Positions 36,967 to 49,658 of a stretch of 64,000 bases of DNA are shown here, one piece after another. Source of the stretch: Perkinsus chesapeaki ATCC PRA-425 (taxonomy: Eukaryota; Protista; Perkinsozoa); the NCBI GenBank assembly GCA_013115145.1, contig JAAPAO010000101.1:1-64000 (forward strand), given 5' to 3'. A program made the position numbers and the translations under genes. Within the stretch, counting starts at the first letter, position 1, and every line of letters begins with the position of its first letter. The notes under the pieces were generated by a model that searched no databases, had not been told where the DNA came from, and worked only from the letters and a program-made list of their open reading frames with translations.

Positions 36967-38328
36967 ATGGTGTCGTCCCAGACAAAAGTATCTCTTCCAG
37001 GCAGCGGTGACCGTGGCCGCCTGCTAGGCCCAAAAACCCACCTTATATTCTTCACTATATGCGAGATCTTGGTGTATTTTGATAGAGGTCTCATTGCTGG
37101 TTTGAACCTCTATTTAAAGAACTCACTCAATCTCACTGACTTTGAAGTCGGCCTCCTTGGCGGTATGTTCATCCTTGGTTACGTCGTTGCCTCCCCGATA
37201 TTCGCTATTCTCGGTCAAATATCTGGTGTATGGACAATCCGTTCTATCTGCATTGGTCTTGTGGTTTGGGTCATAGCTAATATCCTTACTGGGGTTGTAC
37301 CCACGTCTTTCGGTCTCATTGTAGCTTGTCGTACCTTAACTGGTGTTGGCGAGGCCGCCTTCTGTTCTCTAGCTCCTCCTATAATTGATGATTCCGCTCC
37401 AGCGGGTAAGGGTTCTACTTTCCTCGGTATATTTTTCATGGCACTATATGTTGGCCAAGCACTCGGTTACGTTGGTTCAGGATTTTTCCCCACGTGGGAG
37501 TCTGGCCAATATGGTTTCCTCGGTGAGGCATTACTTATGATAATCGTCATCGTTCTTGCCTTAGTGTGGCAAAAGCGCTTCAAGGTCCCAGACAGGAACC
37601 CTTCCGATTACAGCGGAGGTCTCCTTAGGCAGTTTGTTGTATTGGTGAGTAGTCCGACTTATATGACTTTGATCATCGGTTACTCTGCCTTTATGTTTGC
37701 CGTTGGTGGCTTCGCCTACTGGGGCCCTGCTGCAATTCAAGTTATATGGGGAGCTTCTCAAACAGTGGGCAGCATGGGTTTCGGTGCTCTTACCGTTATC
37801 TGTGGTGTTATTGGCACCTTGCTTGGCGGTTATATTCTTGACGTTATGAGCAGGAAGTTCGCTGGTAGAAAGTCACGTCTTCATGTATCATGTGTTATAT
37901 CTTTTGTCTTACTTGCTATCGCTATTCCTTTCGCCATTGCTGGTGGTTGGAGCAACTCTGTATATCTATTTTTTGCTCTAATGTTTATAGTAGAATTCTT
38001 CCTCTTCGCCACAACTGCCCCGTCAAATGTAGCAATCATGGAATCCGTGCCATCCCACCTTCGTGGCCAAGCTATAGCCATATCAGTCGGTGTCAGTCAT
38101 ATCCTCGGCGACTTTCCTAGCCCTATCTTGATGGGTATCTGGAACGATAATATTGGCTACAGATGGTCGTTGTGTATCTGCGGCTGTTGGTTAATGTTTG
38201 GTGTGGTATTGTGGTTTGCAGCAAGCTTCTTGAGTCGACGTACCAGTGATCCTCCGGCGTCCACTGAAGCCTCGGTTGACTCGGTTGAGGCAAAGTCTTC
38301 TTCTTCTTCCAAAGTTGTTGAGCCATAG
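36967..38328 (+). CDS. MFS transporter, Spinster-like (intronless), paralog 1
   Basis: 453-aa ORF with about 12 hydrophobic helices; motifs YFDRGLIAG, RTLTGVGEAAFCSLAPPIIDD, SHILGDFPSPILMG. Confidence 0.92.
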   Translation: MVSSQTKVSLPGSGDRGRLLGPKTHLIFFTICEILVYFDRGLIAGLNLYLKNSLNLTDFEVGLLGGMFILGYVVASPIFAILGQISGVWTIRSICIGLVVWVIANILTGVVPTSFGLIVACRTLTGVGEAAFCSLAPPIIDDSAPAGKGSTFLGIFFMALYVGQALGYVGSGFFPTWESGQYGFLGEALLMIIVIVLALVWQKRFKVPDRNPSDYSGGLLRQFVVLVSSPTYMTLIIGYSAFMFAVGGFAYWGPAAIQVIWGASQTVGSMGFGALTVICGVIGTLLGGYILDVMSRKFAGRKSRLHVSCVISFVLLAIAIPFAIAGGWSNSVYLFFALMFIVEFFLFATTAPSNVAIMESVPSHLRGQAIAISVGVSHILGDFPSPILMGIWNDNIGYRWSLCICGCWLMFGVVLWFAASFLSRRTSDPPASTEASVDSVEAKSSSSSKVVEP

Positions 38329-38574
38329 TTGTATTTATGTCCGTTATGTTGTCAATCATCACCGTGTCTGTAAAGGTACGTAGTCCTCGTGGCATACCAG
38401 CATTTACAGTCCATGAGTATATACGGTGGTGCCCTTTAACGAGATGATGATCGTTCTTACAGTGTACCATATACGCTATCCTTTCCATCGAACATTGTTT
38501 CTTTTCATCGTAATTATACAGTTGTTGAGTTCTACAGTATCGAGCCTTTCGGTAGCAGCATCATCCACGGTTAA

Positions 38575-39909
38575 ATGACATTAAAGCTGTTTAATCGTGA
38601 CAGTGAAGTCCACGGTGTGCTTGGTCCTAAAACCCACCTTACGTACTTTACTTTAGCATATGTTTTGGTGTATTGTGATCAAGGCTTATTTGCTGGTATG
38701 AACATCTATTTGGGCAAAGATGGTTTACAGTTTAGTGATGTTCAAATTGGTATGTTGGGTGGTTTGTTCATCCTCGGCTTCGTGCTAATGTCTCCTATAT
38801 TCGCCAGGATCGGCCAAATTTCGCCCGTATGGACTATAAGGGCAATCTATATAGGTATGATATTGTGGATCGTCACCAACGGTATAATGGCGTTAACACC
38901 AAGCTCATTTGGCCTTATCTTAGCCTGCCGTATGATAAACGGTGGTGGGGGATCGGCATTGGTATCTTTAGCACCTCCTATTCTCGATGATGCCGCACCA
39001 CCTGGAAAGAGCTCCCTTTATCTTGGTATCTTCTTCGTGGCTCTTTTTGTGGGTCAAGCTTTGGGCTTTCTTATTGCTGGATTTTTTGATTCGTGGACGA
39101 GCGGACAGTACGCATTTGGCGTTGAAGCCATCATTATGATTATATTTGCTTTTATGGCGTATTGGTGGGAGAGGCGTTTCGATATCAAACCAGTCGAAGA
39201 GGGAGATGAGCGTCTCAGTCTGTGGCAGCAGTTGCTGAAGCTCGCGGCGAATCCAACTTTCATTTGCCTATCGTTTGGATTCTCAGCCTTTATGTTCACA
39301 GTAGGCGGCTTCGGGTTCTGGGGCCCAGCTTTAATACAGTATATATTCAAGACTACTCAAACTATTTCTACTGTAGCATTTGGAGCTGTCACTGTCGTAT
39401 GCGGGGTAGTAGGGACTTTAATAGGAGGATTTGTCTTGGACTATTTAACTGATAAGTGGTCCAGGAAAAAGTCCCGTCTCTTTGTAGCTTCGTTGCTTTC
39501 AGCAATTTCCATTATTATTGCATGGTTGGTAAGTATTGGTGCACCTTGGGTAAGCAGTATGGTATCGTTCCTGATCATGTTGACTTTAATTGAACTATTT
39601 CTCTTTATGTCCACAGCTCCCTGTAACGTTGCTGTCATGGAGTCGGTCCCACTTTGTTTGAGAGGCCAGGCGGTTGCGGTACTTTGGGCGATTACGCATA
39701 CATTTGGTGACCTTCCGAGCCCACTGTTGATGGGTTGGTGGAACGAATCTATAGGTTACAGATGGTCCTTGGAGATATGCGTCGCATGGCTTGTCTTTGG
39801 TGGCATACTCTGGGCCTGTGCTACACTAATATGTCGTAATATTCCCGAAAGTAATGTCAATGAGTTTGAAGAGGCGGTTCATTCAGCCGAGAGTAAAGGT
39901 GTTCTGTAG
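38575..39909 (+). CDS. MFS transporter, Spinster-like (intronless), paralog 2
   Basis: 444-aa ORF colinear with paralog 1 (LGPKTHL, LAPPILDD, HTFGDLPSPLLMG). Confidence 0.92.
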   Translation: MTLKLFNRDSEVHGVLGPKTHLTYFTLAYVLVYCDQGLFAGMNIYLGKDGLQFSDVQIGMLGGLFILGFVLMSPIFARIGQISPVWTIRAIYIGMILWIVTNGIMALTPSSFGLILACRMINGGGGSALVSLAPPILDDAAPPGKSSLYLGIFFVALFVGQALGFLIAGFFDSWTSGQYAFGVEAIIMIIFAFMAYWWERRFDIKPVEEGDERLSLWQQLLKLAANPTFICLSFGFSAFMFTVGGFGFWGPALIQYIFKTTQTISTVAFGAVTVVCGVVGTLIGGFVLDYLTDKWSRKKSRLFVASLLSAISIIIAWLVSIGAPWVSSMVSFLIMLTLIELFLFMSTAPCNVAVMESVPLCLRGQAVAVLWAITHTFGDLPSPLLMGWWNESIGYRWSLEICVAWLVFGGILWACATLICRNIPESNVNEFEEAVHSAESKGVL

Positions 39910-40091
39910 CGCTTGGCGTCACTGTTGTTGTACAGCCGCATAGGTCAGGCTTTATAAAGTGGTACGAACGTTTAGTGTTCTCGTCAGCAACAAGCTGCTC
40001 ACTAGTCTGTTTTTCCTGTCCCTGGGAGTCATTGGTTGAGTTGTTGCAGTAACCGAGGTGGTGGTATCTTTTGTTTTTAAACTCTACCTTC

Positions 40092-41258
40092 ATGCCAGCA
40101 GCAGCCGTCAGAGACCACACGTGGAGGCTTTCTAGTGTGTTGTCTGCAGTTGAGTCGATGCTGAAGGCAGGAAGCTATCTGATGCCAGTGGCACCGGACG
40201 GGGCATCAGAGGAGGAAACGTTGGTCTTCGAATCGAGGCTGCAATTGATGTAATATACAGTGGTTGGTTGATCTGGGCAGAGGGACCCTAGAAGAGCAGA
40301 GCGTTGAAGTAGAAAGGGAAGGTCATTGCCGGATAGCATGGCGGATTCGGATAGTAGGTTAGTAGGCAATCGGGGGGGCAGATATCATAATAGTAAGCAT
40401 AGATGTAGGAGTGTAATGAGTATATGGCTAGGTGGAAATTGATATGAGCCATGCATCGACGCATTGTGTCTTGTGACGGCGACTTGATGATGAGTTGACC
40501 TTCTGGGAATCTTGCTTCGTTGAACTTCATTGCTGATTTCTCACAAATGATATTCTTCTTCGATCAGGTACACCTTAGCCGACATTGCGGGAATTCTTCG
40601 GTCTCACCTGGAGGAGCCCAAACCTCCTACATTTAAGTCGCGCCTTCTCACGGCCCTCAGATTGGTGCGAGCGAGCCAGCTTTCCGTGGAGATGGACCTG
40701 GGCGGGCTCAAGGCAGCGGTGGTCGTCGAAACGTTAAAGTTGGGCATACGCCTACTGCTGCTTGTCCTGCAGCAAGATCGATCGTTGCTTATCGATCCAG
40801 CGGCTACCGAAGGCTCCACAGCAGCAGACGAGTTTATTGGCGCGCGGACCGGTCTGAGGCTACCACCGATGCGAACTATGCAATTGGCGGCCGCGGTTCC
40901 GAGCGACAGTAAATTGAACTTGAGCTTGCCTTATCCCGAAGACTGTTTGATGATGTTGCGACCTTTGGTGTACCTCGGGGCATGCTCGTTAGTTTCCAGT
41001 GGCGGCAATAAGAGAGCTGATCCTCGACAAGTTAGGGATTGGGGTCCATGGATGGTTGCAAGTGGAATGGATCTTCTCGGTGTTGTGATACTTCGCGAAC
41101 GATTGAGGCGAGATAGCGTTAAGCCGGACGACCCGAGGGAGAGGGAGTATCGACGACGAGTCCGATTGATGGTGATGGGAATGGTAAGTGTGGGGTGTTG
41201 GGGGCGGCATCATCCAGTAGTAGTATATACAGACTATAACGGTCGTGAAATTCTGTGA
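40092..41258 (+). CDS. PEX16: Peroxisomal biogenesis factor 16-like (multi-exon; 3' end unresolved)
   Basis: N-terminal LSAVESMLKAGSYLMP; VVETLKLGIRLLLL; FIGARTGLRLP; LMMLRPLVYL; WGPWMVASGMDLL; EYRRRVRLMV. The motif order resembles Pex16. Confidence 0.6.
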
Positions 41259-42191
41259 CAGCGAATGTAATAAAGCTAAGCATGACATAATCTGATTCCA
41301 TGGTGGCTTAATTCGGGCTAGCTATCGTGTATGGGCATTTTAAGGTCCTATTCGGAAGGAAGTTGGAGTACTGTATTACTATGATAATAATTAGTCATAC
41401 TATTACTAATTTGCTTTACTTGTGCAGCGTTCTTAGTGTCGAGACAAAACTGACAATATTATCTGAAGCGTGGTAAAAATGAAAAAGTGTAAGATACCTT
41501 GCTTCGACCTTTGATGGCTCGTAAAGGCAGGGGCTTTCGATGAATGACGTTATTGCTTTATTAGGTACTTCGATCGCCTATGTTCGATACGGTATTACGG
41601 CGTCCATTGGATGGTCTGAGCAGATTCTGGGAGAAGATTCCTGTTTTAAATCGTTTGAACTATGTTGGTTATTATTTGTTCCTTCAGCGCTTTTATTATG
41701 GCCTGGGAGCGGGGGACAGCTAAAGACAATAGAGCCGTAAAAAGGAGCATTAATTTATTATTTTCAAATAAGCTGCTGCTGATGTCGAGTGTTCCAGTTT
41801 AATGCAGTAACGACGTGAAGCGTTCAAGTCGCTACCTCCACCGCTTTTGCCGTGAGTGCAGATTGCTGATGACTTAATCTGTAGCCGCATTGTTATCGAT
41901 GATCGTATGACAATTCCCAAACCTAGGAATGTGAAGTCCTTGTCGATTGACAGTGATCCCGGTGGACGCTAAGCAATGCTTGCCTGAAGCAAGCAAGTTG
42001 CTTCATCGGCATGATTCGGGTCACAGCTTTGATTTGTTCATTCACCAAATTATATGTCACGACGTAGGCGGTGGGCCACGTTTTGTCATCTCCCGCTTCT
42101 CTGTCTCATTTCTGGTGCAACTTCATCATCAGAGTAGGGACTTTTAGTGGGACCACAAACTCGACACTAACTATTTAGATACGCGTCTACG

Positions 42192-45100
42192 GTGTGCCCT
42201 TATACCACACTTCCCACAACTCTTGCATCGTCATCGTACGAATCAGCACTTGGTGAAGTCGATCTCCAAGGCATCTTCACGACACCTCCTGCTCATCGAT
42301 TGTCGCTTCCATACTCCGACCTTGAACGCCTGCTCTACGTGTCGATCGACGTTGATCGGAAACATGCAGGCCAAATTGTTGGCGTGTCGCTGTATGACTC
42401 GCAGCAGAGCCAAGCGCCGCTGGGTGACTCCACTGCAGTCGTTGGTCTGGGCGGTAATGTTCCGCCAAGTAGAGCGGTTCTGCAAACGTCTCTGGAAGCC
42501 GGTAGAAGTTTTCATTTGTTATTCGATTCGAGCCTTGAGGATGACAGTATAACCTGCACCCCGGTGAATGTGGTTATTCACATAGTGCCAAGCACTCTAC
42601 TTCCGGATTTGCTGCCTCGGTCCTGTGGACAAGCGAGAGACCTGAAAGACACGTTCGTAAAGCACGACTTGGGCAACGCTCATCTGGAGTTGGCACCGAC
42701 GACCTTCGTGGTGTCGGTGCCAAGCGATGGCAAGATGCGCCAAGCGTCGGCTTACCGTCTGGCGACGGTTTCGGCTCCGATTCGGGTACACAGATTCGTT
42801 AGGATCTGGGCACGCATTTCAGCACGGATCAGCGTTGCCCCCTTTCGACTGGTATTGGATATCGCTGGCGAAGGGTCGGACAGTACGGGGGAGAGCCCCG
42901 GGTGCGAGTATGGTTGCCTGGGTGGGGCGACAGTTTATAACGGCGAAGTTCTGGACGTAGCGATGCCGCCCGGATTCACGTCAGTTTCGAAATACGGCAC
43001 ATCTAGCTGAGGTGTTCCTCCTCAGCTACTCTATCTGGCTCGAGGGCGATGGTCTGGAGCGAGCTTGGCGGATGCTGAATGAAACTGGCGAAGAGTGGTG
43101 TGCTCAATTCATGCTGGAATATGAGGTGTCAATCGGGCTACTGAGGCTGTGAATGCTTCCACAGCGGGGGGATAAGACTCCTTATTATTTTACTTGATGG
43201 CTTTGTAGACAAGTTGTCTAGGCCGACCAATGAACGCTGTACAGTTTTTCGCTCATCATTGGTGGAAGAACTATCCGGTTGGTGTTCTTGAAACTTGCTA
43301 TCTTCACCGACTGCTTTTGTCCTTCAAGGCGATACCACCTTAATCTCTGAAGAGGCGTTGGTCATTACACCGTTCGTCCGAGACGTGCCCTAAGCCCTTA
43401 CAGAAACTTCCTGGATGCTGTTTCAGGTCACTTACGAAGCTCGAGCTACTCTATTCGAAGTCGGCCCTGAACACAATCTCTGTCCCGGATCTGAGGCTTT
43501 GCCAGATAGATTGATTCAACTTACGGAGAATCAAAATGCACTTGAACATGAAGTTGACTCTCCTACCATTTTGGAGATACCCAACAATCTGGAAAGTGAG
43601 GGGAGGAGCTTTTCGCTTGTTCGGTTACACCTAGCTGCCACCCGCGCTGTGGCCGGTTCAGAGGCTCTGGACCAAAGCGAGTTAGGAAAGTGATGAAACC
43701 CGCAGAAATGGTCGGCATGCCCAATTGCCTATGGCTGTTATCCCTTCGCTAAGTCGCTGGCTGCCTCAATTTCCGTGTAGCATCTGCGCGAACGGTTCTC
43801 CCTCATTTCGCCACCTGGGCTTTTCTGCAGGAGTTTTTCGCGCCCGAGCGTTCGACCTGTCGGATCATTACTCGCTGGCGGGGCACTCGTTCCATTCGGG
43901 AAGTATTGACCAACCTGCGAAGTCCGAAATCGGATTGGTGGTACAGGAGAGAAGTCGCTTACAAGTGGAAATCGAGACACTAGAATCAGTGGTAGGCAAC
44001 AGTCATCTGCTACCAATAAACGACGCGTTCATGCCAACTTGGCACGATCTAGTTGTTTTAGATCGTTGGCCTGCGTCTTGTGCACGCGCTGAAAGTGACC
44101 GTATGCCAGAGGAAGAGGCCTAACACTCCACTTCTTTGTATACTCAAGCCCGGAAACTACGCGCTACAGATAATGCTGGGCGTACCGCTTGAAGGGGTCC
44201 ATCCCTGCGACACTTTCCAAATGCGTCTGTTCCTAGAGCCCATACCGGAACCCAATCAAACTTGCTCGCGTTACGCACAGGCACCCTCTGAAAGGATTCC
44301 TATCACTTCGGAGCAGCTAGTAGTTCCTTGGTCACCCGATGGTCCACGAGAGATCTTATTATGGACGCGAGAGATCCTCGTCGAAGAATCTGACGTGGCA
44401 AGTGGAGCAAGACTGCACATTCTGCTGTCGTCTCTAGACCGTGGCATCGGACTCAAGTGTCAAGTGTCGAACTCGAAGGGACGAGAAATCTTGAATTTGG
44501 CATCTGCCGGTGTACCAGAGACGCTATCGGGGAGCACGCAACGTTTGCGTGCTGGCCGTTATACCGTTATCGTTCGTGGCACGGCCTGGCAGGCTCCTGG
44601 ATGTGGGAGGTACACGGCAACGTTGCACCTTATAGGGGACGGGTTAGTCCAACACGGGGAGGTGGCCCGTGAAGGTGGGATGCAAATATTGACAAAGTCA
44701 GCAATTGATATCTTACGTTACGCGTCTCCGCCGACGCAAGTTGACGTACCTCCGTCGGGGATCGCACTCTCCGGTGAATATTTGATCGGTGCGGAGTCCG
44801 TGATACGCATAGAGAGACCCAGAGGCGTTGTTGCTGTGGAGTTCCAAGATTATGTCTCACGGGAGCAGCATGTTCAAGTCTACCAAAATGGTCGGATGGG
44901 AAATCCGAAGCCCATATCGGTGATTCGCTGTCGGTCTGGAAGCTTGACGCTTGCCGTATTGCCCTCCCCTACACCATCAACCGTTATAGTGAGGCTGCTG
45001 CCACCTCAAGAATCTGCCGTGCTGGGGATCAGGATACTATCTAGCGAACCTCCGCCATGCTCGCCTGGCATTGCAATTAGTGGGGTCGACGCCCTGGATC

Positions 45101-48100
45101 TAAGTCCAACGAAGGCGCGGGATCGCCTCCCCAATGTACACCGTGCCGCAAGAATACCAGTTAGGTTGAATCTAGGTTACCCAGGCACCGTGCATGTAGT
45201 TGGTCCCACCCCTATCCATGCAGACGGCCCGTACCCGCTGGCTATCAGGATCGAGGTCCACTGTGAGCCGATTTGGCTTCCATTGGAGGTTGTCATCACG
45301 TCTAACAATCGTACAATACATCGTGCGAGTCGAGAAGGGAACTCGAGATTCTTACTCGCAGTGGAGGAGCTCCCGGCCGGGGAGTATTCCTTTGCTGTTT
45401 TAAGCAGCCACCAGCGGTTAGATTCCGATCTTTGGATTTGCGGAGAACTCCTGTTTGTCTATGAACTCGGAGTGTCAAGCCTATACGAGCAGAATTCGAT
45501 GCGATCAGAGCTGCTTGACATACCAGGTGTGTTGGCTGCCCAACCGCTGCCGAGCTCGTTGAACTGGCCTGGATGGTATGGGGAGCCTGGCAGCCACCCT
45601 GACGTGGTTGTTGGCACAATTCTGGCACGTTTCGATGGGAGGACAGCTGTCACGAGTGTAACGGTGTCGGAGGACTCGCTTCTGCGTATGACACATCAGC
45701 CAACGGAGCTTGCTAATCACTTGGTAAATGTTAAGCTTAGTCGCATTGCGGGTAAAACTTCACAACCTCTGCGAAGAGTGGAATCTGGTACGCTCAGTCG
45801 CGCTGGCGAGAATTACGTCTCGAACCAGAGGGGTGAGATGCTGGCTCTGTTACTGAAGGGAGGTACATACCAGATCGAGGTGGAAGCGCACGAAGAATTT
45901 ATGGTAACAATAGCAATTGGGAAATGGAAGCTTGCTGAGGATAGAACCCACCAGACCCCCTGTGGATCTGAAATGCCTCAACTCATCGGCTCGAATCCTC
46001 ACGAAACTCACATATGGGAAGGCCTAATCGATCTTGAGCATCTGACTAGCTCGGTTGTCGGCCGCGAGAGCGTGAAAGTAGACACGCTAAGTATTGGTCA
46101 ATTCGAGGTCGGCGGTGATTTCTTGTTGGATAATGTGGAGCTCGGCCTTCATACCCCGGAGGGCCTTTGGGTTGGCGAGAGACGACAGCGTCGATCGGTC
46201 CTGGTCACTGATCTAGCTCCTGGGACTTACTCGCTGGAGATGAAGGTTAGTGCTTTACGTATACCCTCCCAGTTTGGTATGTGCAGGAGGTTGTCTACTT
46301 TTTCACATATTGAGGCATCTCCTCATATCCATGAGATCAATGGAAAAGATGAGAACTGTGAATTATTAGGCGCCCTGCCACTACCGCTGGGATGGTCGGA
46401 ATCTGACGATGGAGCAAGTGGTTTCTTAGCCAATGGGCAGATCCCAATGCTCGTTAGACAGAAGATAGTCATGTCGAGCATACATGGCGGTCGCAAGAAA
46501 ACGTATATACCCAACAACTCACATGGTAAGCTCTACGCCAAGGTGGGCATTTTTGGCGGCGATCAACTATCTTCGCATCTTACGCTGCACGGCTCGGATA
46601 TGCCTGATGGACGCCCATTCCCGGGGATGACTTCGTGGGAAGACGAATGGTCCCGCACGGCTGCGTGTACATTGGAAGCAGGGAAAGGTCTATGGATCAG
46701 CATTCGAGATGAAACACCAGCTGAGATCACATCGACCCACTGCCATTCTATCTATTTTATGATGCAAGTCATGGGCTTACAGCACCTCACTGGCCTAGGG
46801 TCTTGTAAGCCATCCTGCTTGGCACTTGCTGACTGGAATGTTTGCAAGTCCGGCGGTAGGTACTGCGGCCAAAGTTACGCCAACCAGTCTGATCCCTAGG
46901 CAGCTACCTGATGAAGTTTCGACAGAGGTGAGCATTCATAGAAATTTTGCACTTTATGACGATCTAAGCTTTGTAGAAGAGATTCAAGCTCTTTGCAACT
47001 GGGTCTCGAATATGGAATACTTCGCCACGATCTCAAATTGAGCATACTTCCCCAAGCTTGGATTTAGGTAAAAGCTGTCGAGCAGCCGCCAGGGGGGCTC
47101 CTCGTTGAACGAACTTTCATGGTTTCCGACAAGTCCTTCCTTGAAACGGGTGTCGGGTACAATTATATCCTCGGGAATGTAGAGACTGAGGTGGTGGATA
47201 GCGCTGGCGAGGTTGTGGCGACTGGTGCAGTGCATGGCGCCTTTGGCCGGGCATCACCGGTGAATACGCGGAGCCACATTAGTGTCGTCCTTGAACCTGG
47301 AACATATACGCTGCGAGTAGCAGATGAGCACGATCGAACCATCTTCAAGGGGAAGGGCTTGTGCTTCCCAATGGACTTCATGTTTCACATACAACGTATT
47401 GCAGGGCCAGCGCGTGTATTGGAGGTCTTACCGAGCCCGCTATGGGGCTCGCCGGTAAACCCCAACACGGATTTGCTTATTTCAATCCTATTCTCAACGC
47501 CGGTCACTATCAGAGCAGAGGATGTGCGGTTTAACGGTGTATTAGCCGCTGGAGTCTCATCAGAGCCCAGTCCGCAGGGTCAACCTTCATCAAGGTGGAG
47601 GGTTTGGTTGGATCGCTCCCAATGGCAGCGTAATTGGGATAAAGTACAAATGTCTATTAGCTCAAGAACCATTGACCTGGCGATGCCTGAAGGCCTAAGC
47701 TGGATCGTAGGTTCTCGGGAGAGAGTTTCCCATCTGATATCGCTTATGATCTTCCGTTTCAACCTTCTCAATTATCACTGTGCCTGCCATGCTGTTGTGC
47801 GAGGTCGATCGTCCTGCCGGCACAAATCCTCACCCAACATCCGCGATTACAGCTCAGCCTCCACACGTCGCTCACGCCACAAAGATTCCAGAACAGGTAG
47901 CTGCAAGGCTTTCATGGCTGCAGAAGCATGTCCAATCTTCTTAGCAAGGGGCCACTGGTGAGAAGGCGTCCATGGAATGGTCACAGTCGCATCGAGCTTC
48001 CGTTGCCATGGACGAAGACTTACAACCCGGAATGGAGTTTTCCGCCTATGCTGGAAGCTCGGGGCAACTAAGAAACTCTTATGAGCAAGACGGACACTTC

Positions 48101-48391
48101 GCTCTGTGGCTTCTCTCTTGGTAGGCCTTGGGTATCTTGACGGCTTTGGGCAACTTTATACTTATCTTTGCGGGACTGATCTTGTGGTGTCCCAATCTCA
48201 GGGCCACCTTCAGTATCGGAGGAACAGCCCTGTTATTTGTTCTTCGGAGACTAACTACTGCGAGAGGACGGTATCTCACTGTGGATGGTAGCATCGACCA
48301 GGAAAGGGAAGTGCTTTTGGTAAGTGACGTCACGTCAGAGGCGACATCCTCACGAAGGCGTCAGCACGAGTTGGCCTCCCATGACATGTAA
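42192..48391 (+). CDS. Very large multi-exon protein with repeated beta-sandwich-like modules and a C-terminal transmembrane segment
   Basis: Contiguous same-strand ORFs (272, 939 and 280 aa plus smaller ones). Recurring LxxGxYxL motifs; terminal hydrophobic ILTALGNFILIFAGLILW. The start is probably further upstream. Confidence 0.65.
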
Positions 48392-48656
48392 AACCAACTT
48401 GCCCATGAATACTGTCTGTGTTTCTATTATGTCACCACTCTGTTGTATTTTCGATAAAGATGAGCGCTTATCGCAATATGTTAGCGAAGCCGTAGGTTAG
48501 CTTATCCGCGGCTCGTTACCGCCAAACTCGCGCAACGTACGCGATACTGAAGGCACCCCCCCCGCACAAGAGGGGGACAGTCTCTGTATTGTGCAGCAGG
48601 TGTACGCTACCCCACTGTTGACAAGGCGCTTCATACAGTCTTTTCTGAGCTCTCCG

Positions 48657-49549
48657 ATGTCCCCGCTATTCCCTTCTTCAGTGCTACGTAAACTGGAAGA
48701 AGTGTGTCAAGTAGACGTTGGTCATCGAGGCATCGGGCCGCTCATCCGTCCTGGTGTCCTCAATGAGGCGGTCGAGGCTCTCAGCTCTCCACCCGAAGGT
48801 GGCCGAGCTATCATAATCACCGGCATGCCTTGCTGCATCTCCAAGCCTCCACCACAGTTCGAATCAGATGGCCTTATTGGCTCCGTGTGTGTGGCGCGCG
48901 CGCTGGAGTCCGTTGGTTGGAGGGTAGCTCTCGGCTCGGAGCCTGACATTGCTGAAGTTCTGAAGCGCCTGGCCAAGGACGAGATCGACGTTGTCGGTTT
49001 TGAACCGCAATCATCACCCGATGAAATCACGGCTAAGGCTGGAAAGATAGACTTGGTCGTTTGCATCGAGCGAGCCTCTCCACCGTACAAAACGATGCGT
49101 AATTTACAAATGGATCCAGCGAAGATCGCGCCACTGGAATGTCTATCAGAGATCGACGGAGTGAGAACAGTGGCCATCGGAGATGGTGGCAATGAGATGG
49201 GCTTGGGGCCTCTCCAAGACCTTGTCGCCAAGTAGGTTCTCGCCCACCCGCGAATGCTGCTACGTGCTTCAGGTACATTCCCTTAGGTGACCAAATCAAG
49301 ACTGCAACGAAGTCCGATTTCTGTCTAGTTGCTGGTACCAGCGATTGGGGTTCACTTGCTCTAGCAATGGCATTGGGCATGCGCTGGTCGCGTGAGCAGC
49401 ACCAAGAGCTATGTTTAGCCCTGGAAGCCATGGGCGTGCGTGACGGGGTCACTGGAGAGCCGGGCCAGACTTTGGATGGCATCCCGATAGGCGTAACGTA
49501 TGATTTGATAGACAAAATGAGGAATATCCTCCATCCTCACAACAGCTAG
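48657..49549 (+). CDS. Stand-alone glutamate-cyclase-domain (DUF4392-type) protein, one intron (49232-49272)
   Basis: Motifs DVGHRGI, ESDGLIG, LVVCIERASP, AIGDGGNEMGLG and, after the 41-nt intron, VAGTSDWGSLAL...DGVT. Confidence 0.85.
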
Positions 49550-49658
49550 TTTTTATTTTATTCGCAGTCACCACTACAGAATGGAGATCAGTTTTTTCTG
49601 CCAGATTATTGTGTGTTGAGTCCCCAAGGATCACAACGTATTCAAGTCACCTTCCCCG

